A DNA stretch of 64,000 nt from the NCBI GenBank assembly GCA_021513695.1, contig CP084166.1:1664001-1728000 (forward strand), read 5' to 3'. Shown here one piece after another: positions 8,747 to 18,183 of this stretch (within the stretch, counting starts at the first letter, position 1; the number at the start of each line of letters is the position of its first letter). The notes beneath the pieces were generated by a model. It was not told the DNA's origin and searched no databases. It saw only the letters and a list, made by a program, of their open reading frames with translations. Made by a program: the position numbers and the translations under genes. The stretch comes from Candidatus Heimdallarchaeum aukensis. Lineage in GTDB: Archaea > Asgardarchaeota > Heimdallarchaeia > Heimdallarchaeales > Heimdallarchaeaceae.

Positions 8747-9751
8747 TTACTCTTTATAACCCCATTTTTCTATCATGTCTTTCCATTCAGCAGTTATCTT
8801 CTCTTTTTCTTCTGGAGGAATGGAATAATTTGCAGCCTTAAATTCTTTAATTGACTCAAGATATGTGTTAATTATTGGCCTTACTTTGTTAAAGTCTCCC
8901 AAAGATAGTTTCTCATAAATTCTTTCAAGATTCTCTATCGGATTTGCTATTAGATCTTCGTATTTTACTTCCACATACTGCCCCTCTGGGAGATTTTGAA
9001 TGTCCTCATATAATTTTTTATGCATTGTTTTATAAGTTGAGAAAATTAGTTCATCAAGGTCATAGGTTCTTTTTTGAAATTCATAGTATTTAATGTTATA
9101 TCGGTGTAATTTTCTTGTTGAATAGAATACATGATAAGGATTTCTATAAATATGCACAAATTTTGCTTTGGGAAAAATTTCATGCAAGATTTTCACTTTT
9201 GCAGTATCAGATGGATTCTTTAGTACTAGCTGTTTTCCTCCTTTAGTCAGTGTTAATTTCTTTATCATGTACTCAAAACTATTCTTAAACTCTTGAACGA
9301 CCTTTTCTTCTGCATTTTCAAATGTTAATGTTTTCATATATTTGTTTAAATGTCTTGGAAAGGCAATCGCTGCTAGAGGAGAATGGAGACATAAACTCAT
9401 TATTGCGAATTCATGCTCATGTGGCATACGGGGAGACATTCTTACATTATCTGTTGGTCTTTTTTTAGGAGTGAATGGGGCCATTAAATTATGAATTAGT
9501 TTATTACTTCCACATATTAGATGTGGAAAAGCTGTTTCTGCCATTGACATATATTCAAATTGTGGATCTAATGTTAATAATGTATGAAGATGTGTTGTCC
9601 CACTTCTCCAATGTCCAATAACAAAAATAGGTTCTTTATCTACAGTAATTTGTTTTATTTTTTTACCAAAACGAATTTTCTCATACCAGCGGAGAGGTGC
9701 TGTAACTAATACAATAAGCGTGATCCCAATAAATTTTGGAATATATTTCAT
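8747..9751 (-). CDS. sulfotransferase-family protein
   Basis: GHWRSGTTHLHTLL matches the 5'-phosphosulfate-binding motif (K/R-S-G-T-T). RNPYHVFYS matches the 3'-phosphate-binding RNP..S motif of PAPS-dependent sulfotransferases. N-terminal transmembrane helix. Confidence 0.55.
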   Translation of the reverse strand: MKYIPKFIGITLIVLVTAPLRWYEKIRFGKKIKQITVDKEPIFVIGHWRSGTTHLHTLLTLDPQFEYMSMAETAFPHLICGSNKLIHNLMAPFTPKKRPTDNVRMSPRMPHEHEFAIMSLCLHSPLAAIAFPRHLNKYMKTLTFENAEEKVVQEFKNSFEYMIKKLTLTKGGKQLVLKNPSDTAKVKILHEIFPKAKFVHIYRNPYHVFYSTRKLHRYNIKYYEFQKRTYDLDELIFSTYKTMHKKLYEDIQNLPEGQYVEVKYEDLIANPIENLERIYEKLSLGDFNKVRPIINTYLESIKEFKAANYSIPPEEKEKITAEWKDMIEKWGYKE

Positions 9752-9967
9752 CTTAATTCTGAACTTTATTTGCCATAAAAGTTTAAACCAAGTAATCGTG
9801 TTACATCCAATAATGATGATAACCTCCTCTATTTAGGAAAAAGACTACACTTTTAAATTTTAATATGTGCTAGCGCAAAGAATTAAACGACACTAAAAAA
9901 TATTTTGTTGATTAAAAAATATTTTTGAAAGAGAAAGATTTATGTTTTGTTGCGATTTTTGTTTTCA

Positions 9968-11581
9968 ATGATTAGTGGAAGCAAGTCTATTAGGGTGCCA
10001 ATATATGGAAAAAGAGGAATGGTTGCATCGAGTCAACCTTTAGCTTCAGAGGCAGGAATGAGGATCTTACAACAAGGAGGTAATGCTGCAGATGCAGCTG
10101 TTGCAGTTGCTGCTGCCCTAAATGTTACTGAACCCACCTCTACTGGAATAGGAGGAGACTGTTTTTGTTTGTATTGGGATAATAAGAAAAAAGAAGTTAC
10201 AGGAATTAATGGAAGTGGGAGAGCACCTAGTGAGTTATCTTTAGAGTTTTTACAAGAACAAGGGATAACAGATAGCTTACCACCCTTTAGTGTTCACACA
10301 GTAACAGTTCCTGGTGCTGCTGCAGGATGGGCAGACACTATAGAAAGATATGGAACAATGTCATTAAAAGAGGTTTTAGCTCCTGCTATCGAATTGGCTG
10401 AAGAAGGTTTTCCTGTTTCTCCAATAACTGCTTTTTTTTGGGATAGAGGTGTCACGCAATTAAAGAATGGGCCAAATGCAGAAGAGTTACTAATCAATGG
10501 AAGAGCACCAAGAGAAGGGGAAATAATGAAAAACCCCACATTAGCAAGCACATTTCGTGAATTAGCAGAACACGGAAAAGCGGGTTTTTACGAGGGTAGA
10601 ATAGCTGAATCTATCATTGATCTATTACAATCTCTTGGAGGAGTGATGACTTTAGAGGACCTAAAAAATCATAGAAGTACATTTGACAAGCCTATCTCCG
10701 TAAATTATAGGGGAGTTGATATTTTTGAAATTCCGCCTAATGGACAAGGAATAACAGCTTTAATTGCATTAAATATTCTTGAAGAGTTCGATCTCACAAA
10801 TATTCAACATTTATCTTCAGAATATTTTCATCTTCTTATTGAAATCATGAGAATTTCTTTTGCAGATACAAGGTGGTATGTAGCTGATCCTGATGTTGTT
10901 TCTGTTCCAACTTCTGAACTTCTCTCTAAAGAATATGCAATAGAAAGGAAAAAATTATTTAATCCAAAAAAAGCCACAATAGATGTTAAGAGAGGAACTC
11001 CTTTTTCCAGTTCAGATACAGTATATTTCTGCGTGGTTGATGGAGAAGGAAATGCCTGTAGTTTTATTAATTCGAATTATATGGGATTTGGAACAGGACT
11101 TATTCCAAAAAACTGTGGATTCACTCTGCAAAATAGAGGAGCTAATTTTTCTCTTGATCCAAAGCATCCAAATGCTTTAGCTCCAAACAAAAGACCATAT
11201 CACACAATAATACCAGGAATGGCAATAAAGAACAGAGAATTATACGCCCCCTTTGGTGTTATGGGGGGTTTCATGCAACCTCAAGGTCACGTTCAGATAT
11301 TAGTAAATATGATAGATTATGGCATGAATCCTCAACAAACACTAGATACACCCAGATTTTGCATCAGGGATGGAACAAGCAAGGGAAAAGTAGCTTTAGA
11401 AGAGAGTATAGATGTAACGGTAATGAGTGAATTAGCGAGAATGGGACACGAGGTTGTCCCAGTAACTGGCTGGGCAAGAGCTGTCTTTGGTAGAGGACAA
11501 ATAATTAAGAGAGATCCTGAAACTGGAGTTCTTTGTGGAGGAACAGACCCTAGAGCAGACGGTACAGTTATTGCATGGTAA
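9968..11581 (+). CDS. ggt: gamma-glutamyltranspeptidase (GGT family)
   Basis: TGIGGDCFCLYWD, VYFCVVDGEGNACSFINS(N), a GMxxxGG-like block and GGTDPRADG are GGT family hallmarks, including the catalytic Thr context. The track starts at TTG 9947; ATG is at 9968. Confidence 0.8.
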   Translation: MISGSKSIRVPIYGKRGMVASSQPLASEAGMRILQQGGNAADAAVAVAAALNVTEPTSTGIGGDCFCLYWDNKKKEVTGINGSGRAPSELSLEFLQEQGITDSLPPFSVHTVTVPGAAAGWADTIERYGTMSLKEVLAPAIELAEEGFPVSPITAFFWDRGVTQLKNGPNAEELLINGRAPREGEIMKNPTLASTFRELAEHGKAGFYEGRIAESIIDLLQSLGGVMTLEDLKNHRSTFDKPISVNYRGVDIFEIPPNGQGITALIALNILEEFDLTNIQHLSSEYFHLLIEIMRISFADTRWYVADPDVVSVPTSELLSKEYAIERKKLFNPKKATIDVKRGTPFSSSDTVYFCVVDGEGNACSFINSNYMGFGTGLIPKNCGFTLQNRGANFSLDPKHPNALAPNKRPYHTIIPGMAIKNRELYAPFGVMGGFMQPQGHVQILVNMIDYGMNPQQTLDTPRFCIRDGTSKGKVALEESIDVTVMSELARMGHEVVPVTGWARAVFGRGQIIKRDPETGVLCGGTDPRADGTVIAW

Positions 11582-11599
11582 AAGAAGGACTTTAATAAA

Positions 11600-13042
11600 T
11601 TAATTTGAAAAGACTAGAGATTTTACTACCACGGGAACAACCAAACCTCCTGCTTTAGGTTTGTCTATATCTATAAAATCTCCTTCTTCCACATCTATTT
11701 CATCAATAGAAACAATATTCTGTTTAACAGCTGTTTCTCTCACCATCACATTTCCTACAGAATTTGCTATATCTTTTTCAAAAACCAAGATAACTGGTAA
11801 TTCATTCTCTATTGTCTTGGGAATTGCTTTTTCTATCCCTTTTACAAAAGTAGTTAAACCTGCATAAGAACCACCTATTGCGCCCTTGAAGAGCAATGCA
11901 ACAACATCTTGGCCATCTATCTTATCAAACAGTTTATAACTTTTAATTATAGCTTTTGAAACAGTTTCAATACTTAACTGCTTTCCATTTAACTTTGGTT
12001 CGATTACAGGAATATTGTGTAAAGGTAGAATATCATTGTCAGAAACGTGTGTTGTAACACCAGAAACTTTGAGAGTATACTGTCCCGCACCTATTACTGT
12101 TGCTCTGATGAGCTCTTTAGGGGTATAAAGAGACAAGTTATGTTTTTTCACTAACTTTAGAATTTCAATACCCAAGTACTTACCAAGATCATTGTAATCT
12201 TCAGTTGTCCGTTCATAAATATATTCTGCCACGCCTCCAGAAAATGAATATTGATCAATTTCCTCTTCAAATGAAAGGGGATTAGTCATAAGCAAGTTTT
12301 GTGCAAGATTTGATGAATTTTTTTTGAAGAGGAGATCAAACAAACTTTCTGCGAGATATTTAGCTATTTTTTGCTTCGTTTCTTCAGAAATAGAAATTCC
12401 ATAGTCAAACTTTATTCCAATTATTGGCTCAAGATGACGAATGGGTTCTTCTATTCGAATGATTCTATTCTCGGAGTCAAAAGCTAATAATCTTCCTCCC
12501 ACATTTACACATGAAGCATCTACAACTTTACCATTGGAAACAACTGCAATATTAGATGTACCGCCACCAATATCAATATTAATAACATTTTTTTTATTTT
12601 CTTTTGAATACTTAACTGCTCCAGAACCCATAGCAGCAATAACGGATTCAAAATTGGGTCCTGCTGTAGCAGCAACAAATCGACCAGCTTTGTGTGCAAG
12701 AGCTTTTACTAAGTCTTCAGCATTGTGTTTTTTTGCGCTTTCACCAGTGATTATCACAGCTCCTGTGTCAATATCTTCTGGTTTAATATTTGCTTTTTTG
12801 TACTCTTCTTTAAGAAATTTGATGAGTTCAAAGTAGTCAATAGTTTGATTTTCAATATCAATTGGAGTAAGAATTATATTTCCTCTGTATAATATTTTTC
12901 TTTCTGTAACTTCGAATTTTAATCTTCCTTGTGGAGAATATACTTTCTCCAGCTTTAATAAAGAATACACAATGTGGCTTGTGGTAGTTCCTACATCGAT
13001 CCCTAGACTTTTCAAGTATATAGGTTTGTGCTCCTCATCCAT
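11600..13042 (-). CDS. eutA: EutA-like protein (ethanolamine ammonia-lyase reactivase family, ASKHA ATPase fold)
   Basis: Extended similarity to EutA across the whole length. LGIDVGTTTSHIVYS matches GIDIGTTTTQVIFS. AVIITGESAKK, NIDIGGGTSNIAV, CVNVGGRLL and the C-terminus GDFIDIDKPKAGGLVVPVVVKSLVFS match GDYIDIGTPLFGGSVVPVTVKSLAFPS. Confidence 0.7.
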   Translation of the reverse strand: MDEEHKPIYLKSLGIDVGTTTSHIVYSLLKLEKVYSPQGRLKFEVTERKILYRGNIILTPIDIENQTIDYFELIKFLKEEYKKANIKPEDIDTGAVIITGESAKKHNAEDLVKALAHKAGRFVAATAGPNFESVIAAMGSGAVKYSKENKKNVINIDIGGGTSNIAVVSNGKVVDASCVNVGGRLLAFDSENRIIRIEEPIRHLEPIIGIKFDYGISISEETKQKIAKYLAESLFDLLFKKNSSNLAQNLLMTNPLSFEEEIDQYSFSGGVAEYIYERTTEDYNDLGKYLGIEILKLVKKHNLSLYTPKELIRATVIGAGQYTLKVSGVTTHVSDNDILPLHNIPVIEPKLNGKQLSIETVSKAIIKSYKLFDKIDGQDVVALLFKGAIGGSYAGLTTFVKGIEKAIPKTIENELPVILVFEKDIANSVGNVMVRETAVKQNIVSIDEIDVEEGDFIDIDKPKAGGLVVPVVVKSLVFSN

Positions 13043-13184
13043 CCTAGTTCATAAAAAGGGATTCTACCTCTCTTTTAAATCTTTGTTTAAACGATAGATT
13101 ACAAATGGATTTTATTGATTTTCAAAACACGCCCAAAAAAACAATAAACTTTAAAATGTCTAATAAAACACCTAATTTAGATTA

Positions 13185-14174
13185 GTGATGTCGCAATTAA
13201 ATGTTGAAAAAACAGATTCATCTGAAGAAACTAAACTTGGTCCAAGAACAGAAAAAGAAGTTTGGCAAGATTGGGGAAAAAGTATTCTTTCATGGCTAAC
13301 TGATAAAATTCATTCTCCAATGGGTGTTTGGTTTATCAGTATCTGGTTAGTGAGTATCATCACAATGGGAATCACAAATATATTAAGAGGAGAATCATTT
13401 TTCAAGGGACCTAGTTACTGGATAGGAACGTTTCTTACTTATGGTTTGAATGTTGGACAAGATCCTACGTACAGATTCATTGCTAAGCCAGTAATTAATT
13501 GGATTTTCGCTCCAATGGTTGTCATTACTTTAGGGATAACCCTATTTGTTTTACCAGATTGTGGATTCTTTAGAAATGGAGCTTTTCCAAAAGAAGAACT
13601 TGATTTCCAAAAAACATATATGTTTTTCAACACTGAAGTCTGGGGAAGCGATTTAGTTAACCCAAATCATCCAAAATGGACAGCAATGTATCTTTGGATA
13701 GTGTGGATGCCAGTAATTCTAGGAACTGCAATTGCGTCTATATACAATTTTATCGTATTTAAGAAAATCCAAAAAAGAAAAAGAGCTATTCCGAAACCAA
13801 CTAACAGCTTACTATATAGCTTGATAGCATCTTTTATCGTTGGGATTGCAATGGCTCTAATGACAGGTAATATAGAGCTACGCTTTAGTGGAATCTTAAG
13901 ATCAATATTCATTGAAAGAAAGACAAATAGCTTCTTTATTTACGGAACTCAATACAATCTAAGTGGTCAATATCATCCCATTGGTTTAGCATTAACAATG
14001 TGGTTGATTAATTTTATACCCTTTGCTATTGTTTATCTGATGTTTTTGATCACAATGAATATTGATAAAATATGGATAAATAGAGAAAAAATTATTGAAA
14101 ATATAAAGACAAAAATAAAAAGAGAAAAAGTTGTTGATTTATTCCACGAGCAGCAAAAAATAAATCAAAACTAA
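13185..14174 (+). CDS. hypothetical polytopic membrane protein
   Basis: 329 aa with multiple hydrophobic helices and no recognisable catalytic motif. Divergent from the EutA-like gene. Confidence 0.4.
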   Translation: MMSQLNVEKTDSSEETKLGPRTEKEVWQDWGKSILSWLTDKIHSPMGVWFISIWLVSIITMGITNILRGESFFKGPSYWIGTFLTYGLNVGQDPTYRFIAKPVINWIFAPMVVITLGITLFVLPDCGFFRNGAFPKEELDFQKTYMFFNTEVWGSDLVNPNHPKWTAMYLWIVWMPVILGTAIASIYNFIVFKKIQKRKRAIPKPTNSLLYSLIASFIVGIAMALMTGNIELRFSGILRSIFIERKTNSFFIYGTQYNLSGQYHPIGLALTMWLINFIPFAIVYLMFLITMNIDKIWINREKIIENIKTKIKREKVVDLFHEQQKINQN

Positions 14175-14321
14175 TTTCTACAAATTTTTTCTTTTTTTCA
14201 GTTAAAGTCATTTAAATGCTTATAAAGGAACAATACTGAGAAGAATTTTTATGTTAAATCAACTGTATTAAATGGAATAATATATAATTCAAAGAAAAAT
14301 AAGTATAGTAGAAAGAAATAA

Positions 14322-15248
14322 ATGAACACCAATACTAGTTTAAAAAACAAATTTGATTCAAGTAGTAAAACAAAAGTTGTTTTATTAGCGGAGGATTTAA
14401 TAAAAATTTATAAAACAGGCGAAAGTGAAACACAAGCACTTAGAGGTGTTTCGCTGAAAGTTCATGAAGGAGAAAAAGTTTTTCTTATTGGTCCATCTGG
14501 AAGCGGAAAAACAACGTTAGTAAACATTCTAGCAGGAATTGATAAACCTACTTCTGGCAAAGTGTTTTGGGGAGATTTAAATGAAGATATCACAAGAAGC
14601 TCTCATGAAGAGATTATAAGAAATAGAAGAAATTATGTAGGAGTAATTTTTCAAGATTCAAAGCTTATACCACATTTAACAGTAGAAGAGAACATTAGAT
14701 TAACTGCTCATTATGCTAATTTAGACTTTGAAGAGACAGAGAGAAGATTAGAATTTATCCTAAAATTTATGGGGATATGGGATAAGAGAAATAAAAAACA
14801 GAACAGACTGTCAGGAGGAGAACAAAAAAGAGCAGCAATTGCCTCCACTTTAATTACGAACCCTAGAATAATTATAGGAGACGAACCGACAGGCAATCTA
14901 GATATAGTAACGTCTAGTAAAATTCTGGACTTGTTGGATAAAATTAACGTAGAATTAAATGTTGCTCTACTAATAGTCACCCACTCACAACTCGTCGCAC
15001 AAAGAGCTGATAGAATTATAGAATTTAGCGATGGAGTAATTCTAGCGCAGCATGGTAAGGATATACGTTTAAGAGAGCTAAAGCAAACCAGAGAATTAGA
15101 AATAGATAGACAAAATAGAATCCACATTCCACAATCAATTCTTGAAGAACTAAATAATCCAAAACATTTTACAATAAATTTAGAAAACAAAAAAATAGTC
15201 TTAAAACCCATATATCAACAAGAAGATGAAAATGAAAATAATAGCTAA
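14322..15248 (+). CDS. ABC transporter ATP-binding protein (MacB/LolD/FtsE-like) with C-terminal AbrB/SpoVT-like domain
   Basis: Walker A GPSGSGKTT, signature LSGGEQKRAAIA, Walker B IIGDEPTGNLD, H-loop THS. The C-terminal about 45 aa, RIHIPQSILEELNNPKHFTINLENKKIVLKPI, fits the swapped-hairpin AbrB/SpoVT pattern (r.tIPkeiree...gd.v.....ivLkp). Confidence 0.75.
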   Translation: MNTNTSLKNKFDSSSKTKVVLLAEDLIKIYKTGESETQALRGVSLKVHEGEKVFLIGPSGSGKTTLVNILAGIDKPTSGKVFWGDLNEDITRSSHEEIIRNRRNYVGVIFQDSKLIPHLTVEENIRLTAHYANLDFEETERRLEFILKFMGIWDKRNKKQNRLSGGEQKRAAIASTLITNPRIIIGDEPTGNLDIVTSSKILDLLDKINVELNVALLIVTHSQLVAQRADRIIEFSDGVILAQHGKDIRLRELKQTRELEIDRQNRIHIPQSILEELNNPKHFTINLENKKIVLKPIYQQEDENENNS

Positions 15249-15309
15249 AGCTAGAACTGCATTACATCATATATTTAAATCTAAAACAAAATCGTGAGAG
15301 AGTATCAAA

Positions 15310-15759
15310 ATGAAAGAGGACAATAAAGTATTAAACAATAAAAAGGAAATAAAAAATCAAGCGAAAATTGAGAAAACGCAAATAAAAGCTAAATGGGATG
15401 TAATTTTACTTACAGGCTTTTTTTCATCGTTGTTATTTTTTATATTAGATGTAATAATAGTGCTCATTTTCATACTTGGTTTAAAGAGAGATGCAATATT
15501 AACTCTTGTAGCGTTTGAATATGTTTTATTAGGAGAAGTAGCAATTGTTGTAATATGGGGGGCTTGTATAGGAAATATAAAACAATCAGTTGTAATTCAA
15601 AAGGTAAAAGAAAAAATTACAAAGTCTGAAACAATAAACAAATTTACGATTAAAGAAGCTACTTTCAATGCCATTTCATACTATTTTGCTGGGCTATTTC
15701 TATTCATTTATCTGATTGTTCTTCATAAAATATTGCAAATTTTGGTTAAAATTGCATAA
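15310..15759 (+). CDS. small membrane protein (about 4 TM)
   Basis: Hydrophobic 149-aa ORF following the ABC ATPase. Too small to be a canonical FtsX/MacB permease. Confidence 0.35.
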   Translation: MKEDNKVLNNKKEIKNQAKIEKTQIKAKWDVILLTGFFSSLLFFILDVIIVLIFILGLKRDAILTLVAFEYVLLGEVAIVVIWGACIGNIKQSVVIQKVKEKITKSETINKFTIKEATFNAISYYFAGLFLFIYLIVLHKILQILVKIA

Positions 15760-15923
15760 AAAGTAATAAGTAAAAAACTATGAATTTCAGTTAAAAATTT
15801 AAGAAAAACATGTTTAATTTAAATTTATCTGCTTATAATACCCAAAAAGTTTATTAAGTTTCTGTTGATTCTATAATTGCCTCCATTTATTTACTTTAGA
15901 TGGAAAAAAAGGTGAAATAAAAA

Positions 15924-17690
15924 ATGAATAAAAAAGCATTTTTAGGGATTGCACTGATATTTGTTGTTAGTGCATCAATGATCCCAGCATCCGCTGCAGA
16001 AGGAGACATTATACCTGCTTTCTATATTAACTTACTATCACCTAACACCAACCCTGCCAGAAATCAATGGGCTGCATTAATGGAAAACCAATTACCAAAA
16101 ATAGGAATTGGTATAGCTTTCCATGAGTCCACTGGTTGGGGTAACATCATGCCTCGTACATGGGCTTATCCAGTTGGTGAAGAAGGTAAGTTTGACTACA
16201 TCCCAACATATGAAGATGGTGGTTATGACATCCTTTTTGTAGGTTGGAGCTGGGGATTAGATTGGGATCCAACAGGTCTTTATGATTCAGCCAGTATTGT
16301 TCCTGCTGGAGACAATATGTACCAATACAGTAATCCTACTTTTGATGAAAAACTAGTAGAATATACTACTGAACTTGATGATACTGCTCGTATCGCTAAG
16401 GCTAAAGAATTACAAGCTATTCTCTATGATGATTTACCAGCAATTACACTCATCTATCCTAGAGAAGTATTTGGATTCTCTAAAGCTTTGAGTGGAATTG
16501 ATACCCTATTATTAGGTACAAGTGCTCATCGTCCAGAAAACTGGAGAACAACAGAAGCTGATTCTACCATTACTTATGCACTTCCTGCTGAATTAACAGA
16601 ATATAACATCTTTGTCCAAGAATCATATTATGATGCTCAATGGATGAGCTGTGTCTACTATGGTCTCTTCGGACGAAGTCAAGATGAACACTTAATGGTA
16701 CCAGTTTTAGCTGACAGTTACACTGTTTCAGACGATAAATTGGTATTCACTGTTGATATTAGTCCTGATGCCTACTTCAGCAATGGAGATCCAGTAACTG
16801 CATATGATGTTGACTACACATATGAATTACACATGACCCCTGCAGTTGCATCCAGTTCTTATGGTTATCTAACAACCTTCTTTGAGGACAATGATTCAAT
16901 TGTAGCTTTGGATGATGATACCGTTCAATTTACTTTGAAACAACCATATGCTTTCGCATTAGGTCTTCTAAGTTATGGTATAATCAACAAGAACTTAGTT
17001 CAAGCATACATTGATGAAAACGGTTATGACATGGGAGCTCTAGATACTGCTTTAGTTACTGGAGCAGGTCCATACATGCTAGACATTAATGACTATGACA
17101 CAGCTACAAGCACTGTAACTCTACATCCCAATCCTCATTGGGCTTTAACAGATGATGATCTTGTTGAAAGTTTAATCTTCACATTCATATCTGGTAAAGA
17201 TACAGCCATTGCTGCTCTCGCTGATGGAACAGTAGATATTGTTGACTCACAATACGCTCCTGTTGAATCAGATTATGAGGGAATTGATGCAAACGTTGTA
17301 GTTGCTAAAACTCCAGCTACACAAGAAATGGCTATTAACTTGAAGCACCCAATCATTGGTACTGGAGAACTCACTCCTGCTGGAACAGCTGATGCAGCAA
17401 AAAGCATCAGAAAAGCAATTAGCCATGCTGTTCCTCGTGACACCATCGTAACAGAAATTCTACAAGGTCTTGGAGCACCTGGTGTAAACCCAATGCCTGA
17501 TGCTTCAGTAGGTTTTGACACCAGTTTAGAACCATACACCTATGATCTTGAATTAGCTAAATCTTTGATTGAAGCTGCTGGATACACATTAGAAACTGAA
17601 ACAGCTGTTAAAACTGGAATCGCAGGATTAGTTTTCATTTCCTTCTTAGGTGTTGCTTCTTTAGTAGCATTAAGAAGATTTAGAAAATAA
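15924..17690 (+). CDS. extracellular solute-binding protein, family 5-like (Opp/Dpp type), with signal peptide and C-terminal TM anchor
   Basis: Signal peptide MNKKAFLGIALIFVVSASMIPASA. Large D/T/A/G-rich periplasmic-type domain of the size and composition of family-5 SBPs. C-terminal hydrophobic anchor GIAGLVFISFLGVASLVAL followed by RRFRK, as in archaeal SBPs. GGTGA ribosome-binding site at 15911. Confidence 0.5.
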   Translation: MNKKAFLGIALIFVVSASMIPASAAEGDIIPAFYINLLSPNTNPARNQWAALMENQLPKIGIGIAFHESTGWGNIMPRTWAYPVGEEGKFDYIPTYEDGGYDILFVGWSWGLDWDPTGLYDSASIVPAGDNMYQYSNPTFDEKLVEYTTELDDTARIAKAKELQAILYDDLPAITLIYPREVFGFSKALSGIDTLLLGTSAHRPENWRTTEADSTITYALPAELTEYNIFVQESYYDAQWMSCVYYGLFGRSQDEHLMVPVLADSYTVSDDKLVFTVDISPDAYFSNGDPVTAYDVDYTYELHMTPAVASSSYGYLTTFFEDNDSIVALDDDTVQFTLKQPYAFALGLLSYGIINKNLVQAYIDENGYDMGALDTALVTGAGPYMLDINDYDTATSTVTLHPNPHWALTDDDLVESLIFTFISGKDTAIAALADGTVDIVDSQYAPVESDYEGIDANVVVAKTPATQEMAINLKHPIIGTGELTPAGTADAAKSIRKAISHAVPRDTIVTEILQGLGAPGVNPMPDASVGFDTSLEPYTYDLELAKSLIEAAGYTLETETAVKTGIAGLVFISFLGVASLVALRRFRK

Positions 17691-17697
17691 AATTAAA

Positions 17698-17720
17698 TTT
17701 CTTTTTTTTTCTTTTTATTT
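17698..17720 (+). terminator. long oligo-T tract after the SBP gene
   Basis: TTTCTTTTTTTTTCTTTTTATTT lies immediately after the TAA stop. Confidence 0.35.
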
Positions 17721-17844
17721 ATTGATAAAATGTTTTATCTGTAGGCTATTTGTACATTCTCTGAAATTGTGTTTAGCTTTTGTAACAATTCTTAGAAATA
17801 TAGACCCTGAAAAATGAGAGGTTTACTAACTCTTTTATGGCTTT

Positions 17845-18171
17845 TTATTCTTTGGATTGTTTTTTAGCAAACTCACTTATTGGAAAAATTAGACCGAGTT
17901 CTATTAATAGAGTAAGCATCTTTTTGAAATTAACTACCTTGTAGGTTTTTTTAAGAGAAATTTGCTTTACCATTCTATTCTTAATCAGATAATTCAAACA
18001 TTTTTCTACTGATTCATGATTGATTCCTGTCACTTCAGCTAGTTCATCAAGTGTCATTCCTTCTTCATACATACTGAGTGAAACACCTACAACGCCTAAA
18101 TTTATTCTTTCCATTACTTCAGTTGGTAACATTTCAGAAAGATCTTTTTTTTCTTCAGTTTTTTCATCCAT
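17845..18171 (-). CDS. winged-helix DNA-binding protein (putative transcriptional regulator)
   Basis: The segment MTLDELAEVTGINHESVEKCLNYLIKNRMVKQ forms a helix-turn-helix recognition helix. Small 108-aa protein co-directional with the PRTase gene. Confidence 0.45.
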   Translation of the reverse strand: MDEKTEEKKDLSEMLPTEVMERINLGVVGVSLSMYEEGMTLDELAEVTGINHESVEKCLNYLIKNRMVKQISLKKTYKVVNFKKMLTLLIELGLIFPISEFAKKQSKE

Positions 18172-18183
18172 TTTAACTACACC

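Noticed and set aside
12441-12836. 131-aa plus-strand ORF inside the EutA-like gene, and a similar 166-aa antisense ORF at 14711..15211 inside the ABC ATPase gene
   Set aside because: Both are antisense to strongly supported coding regions with clear family motifs.
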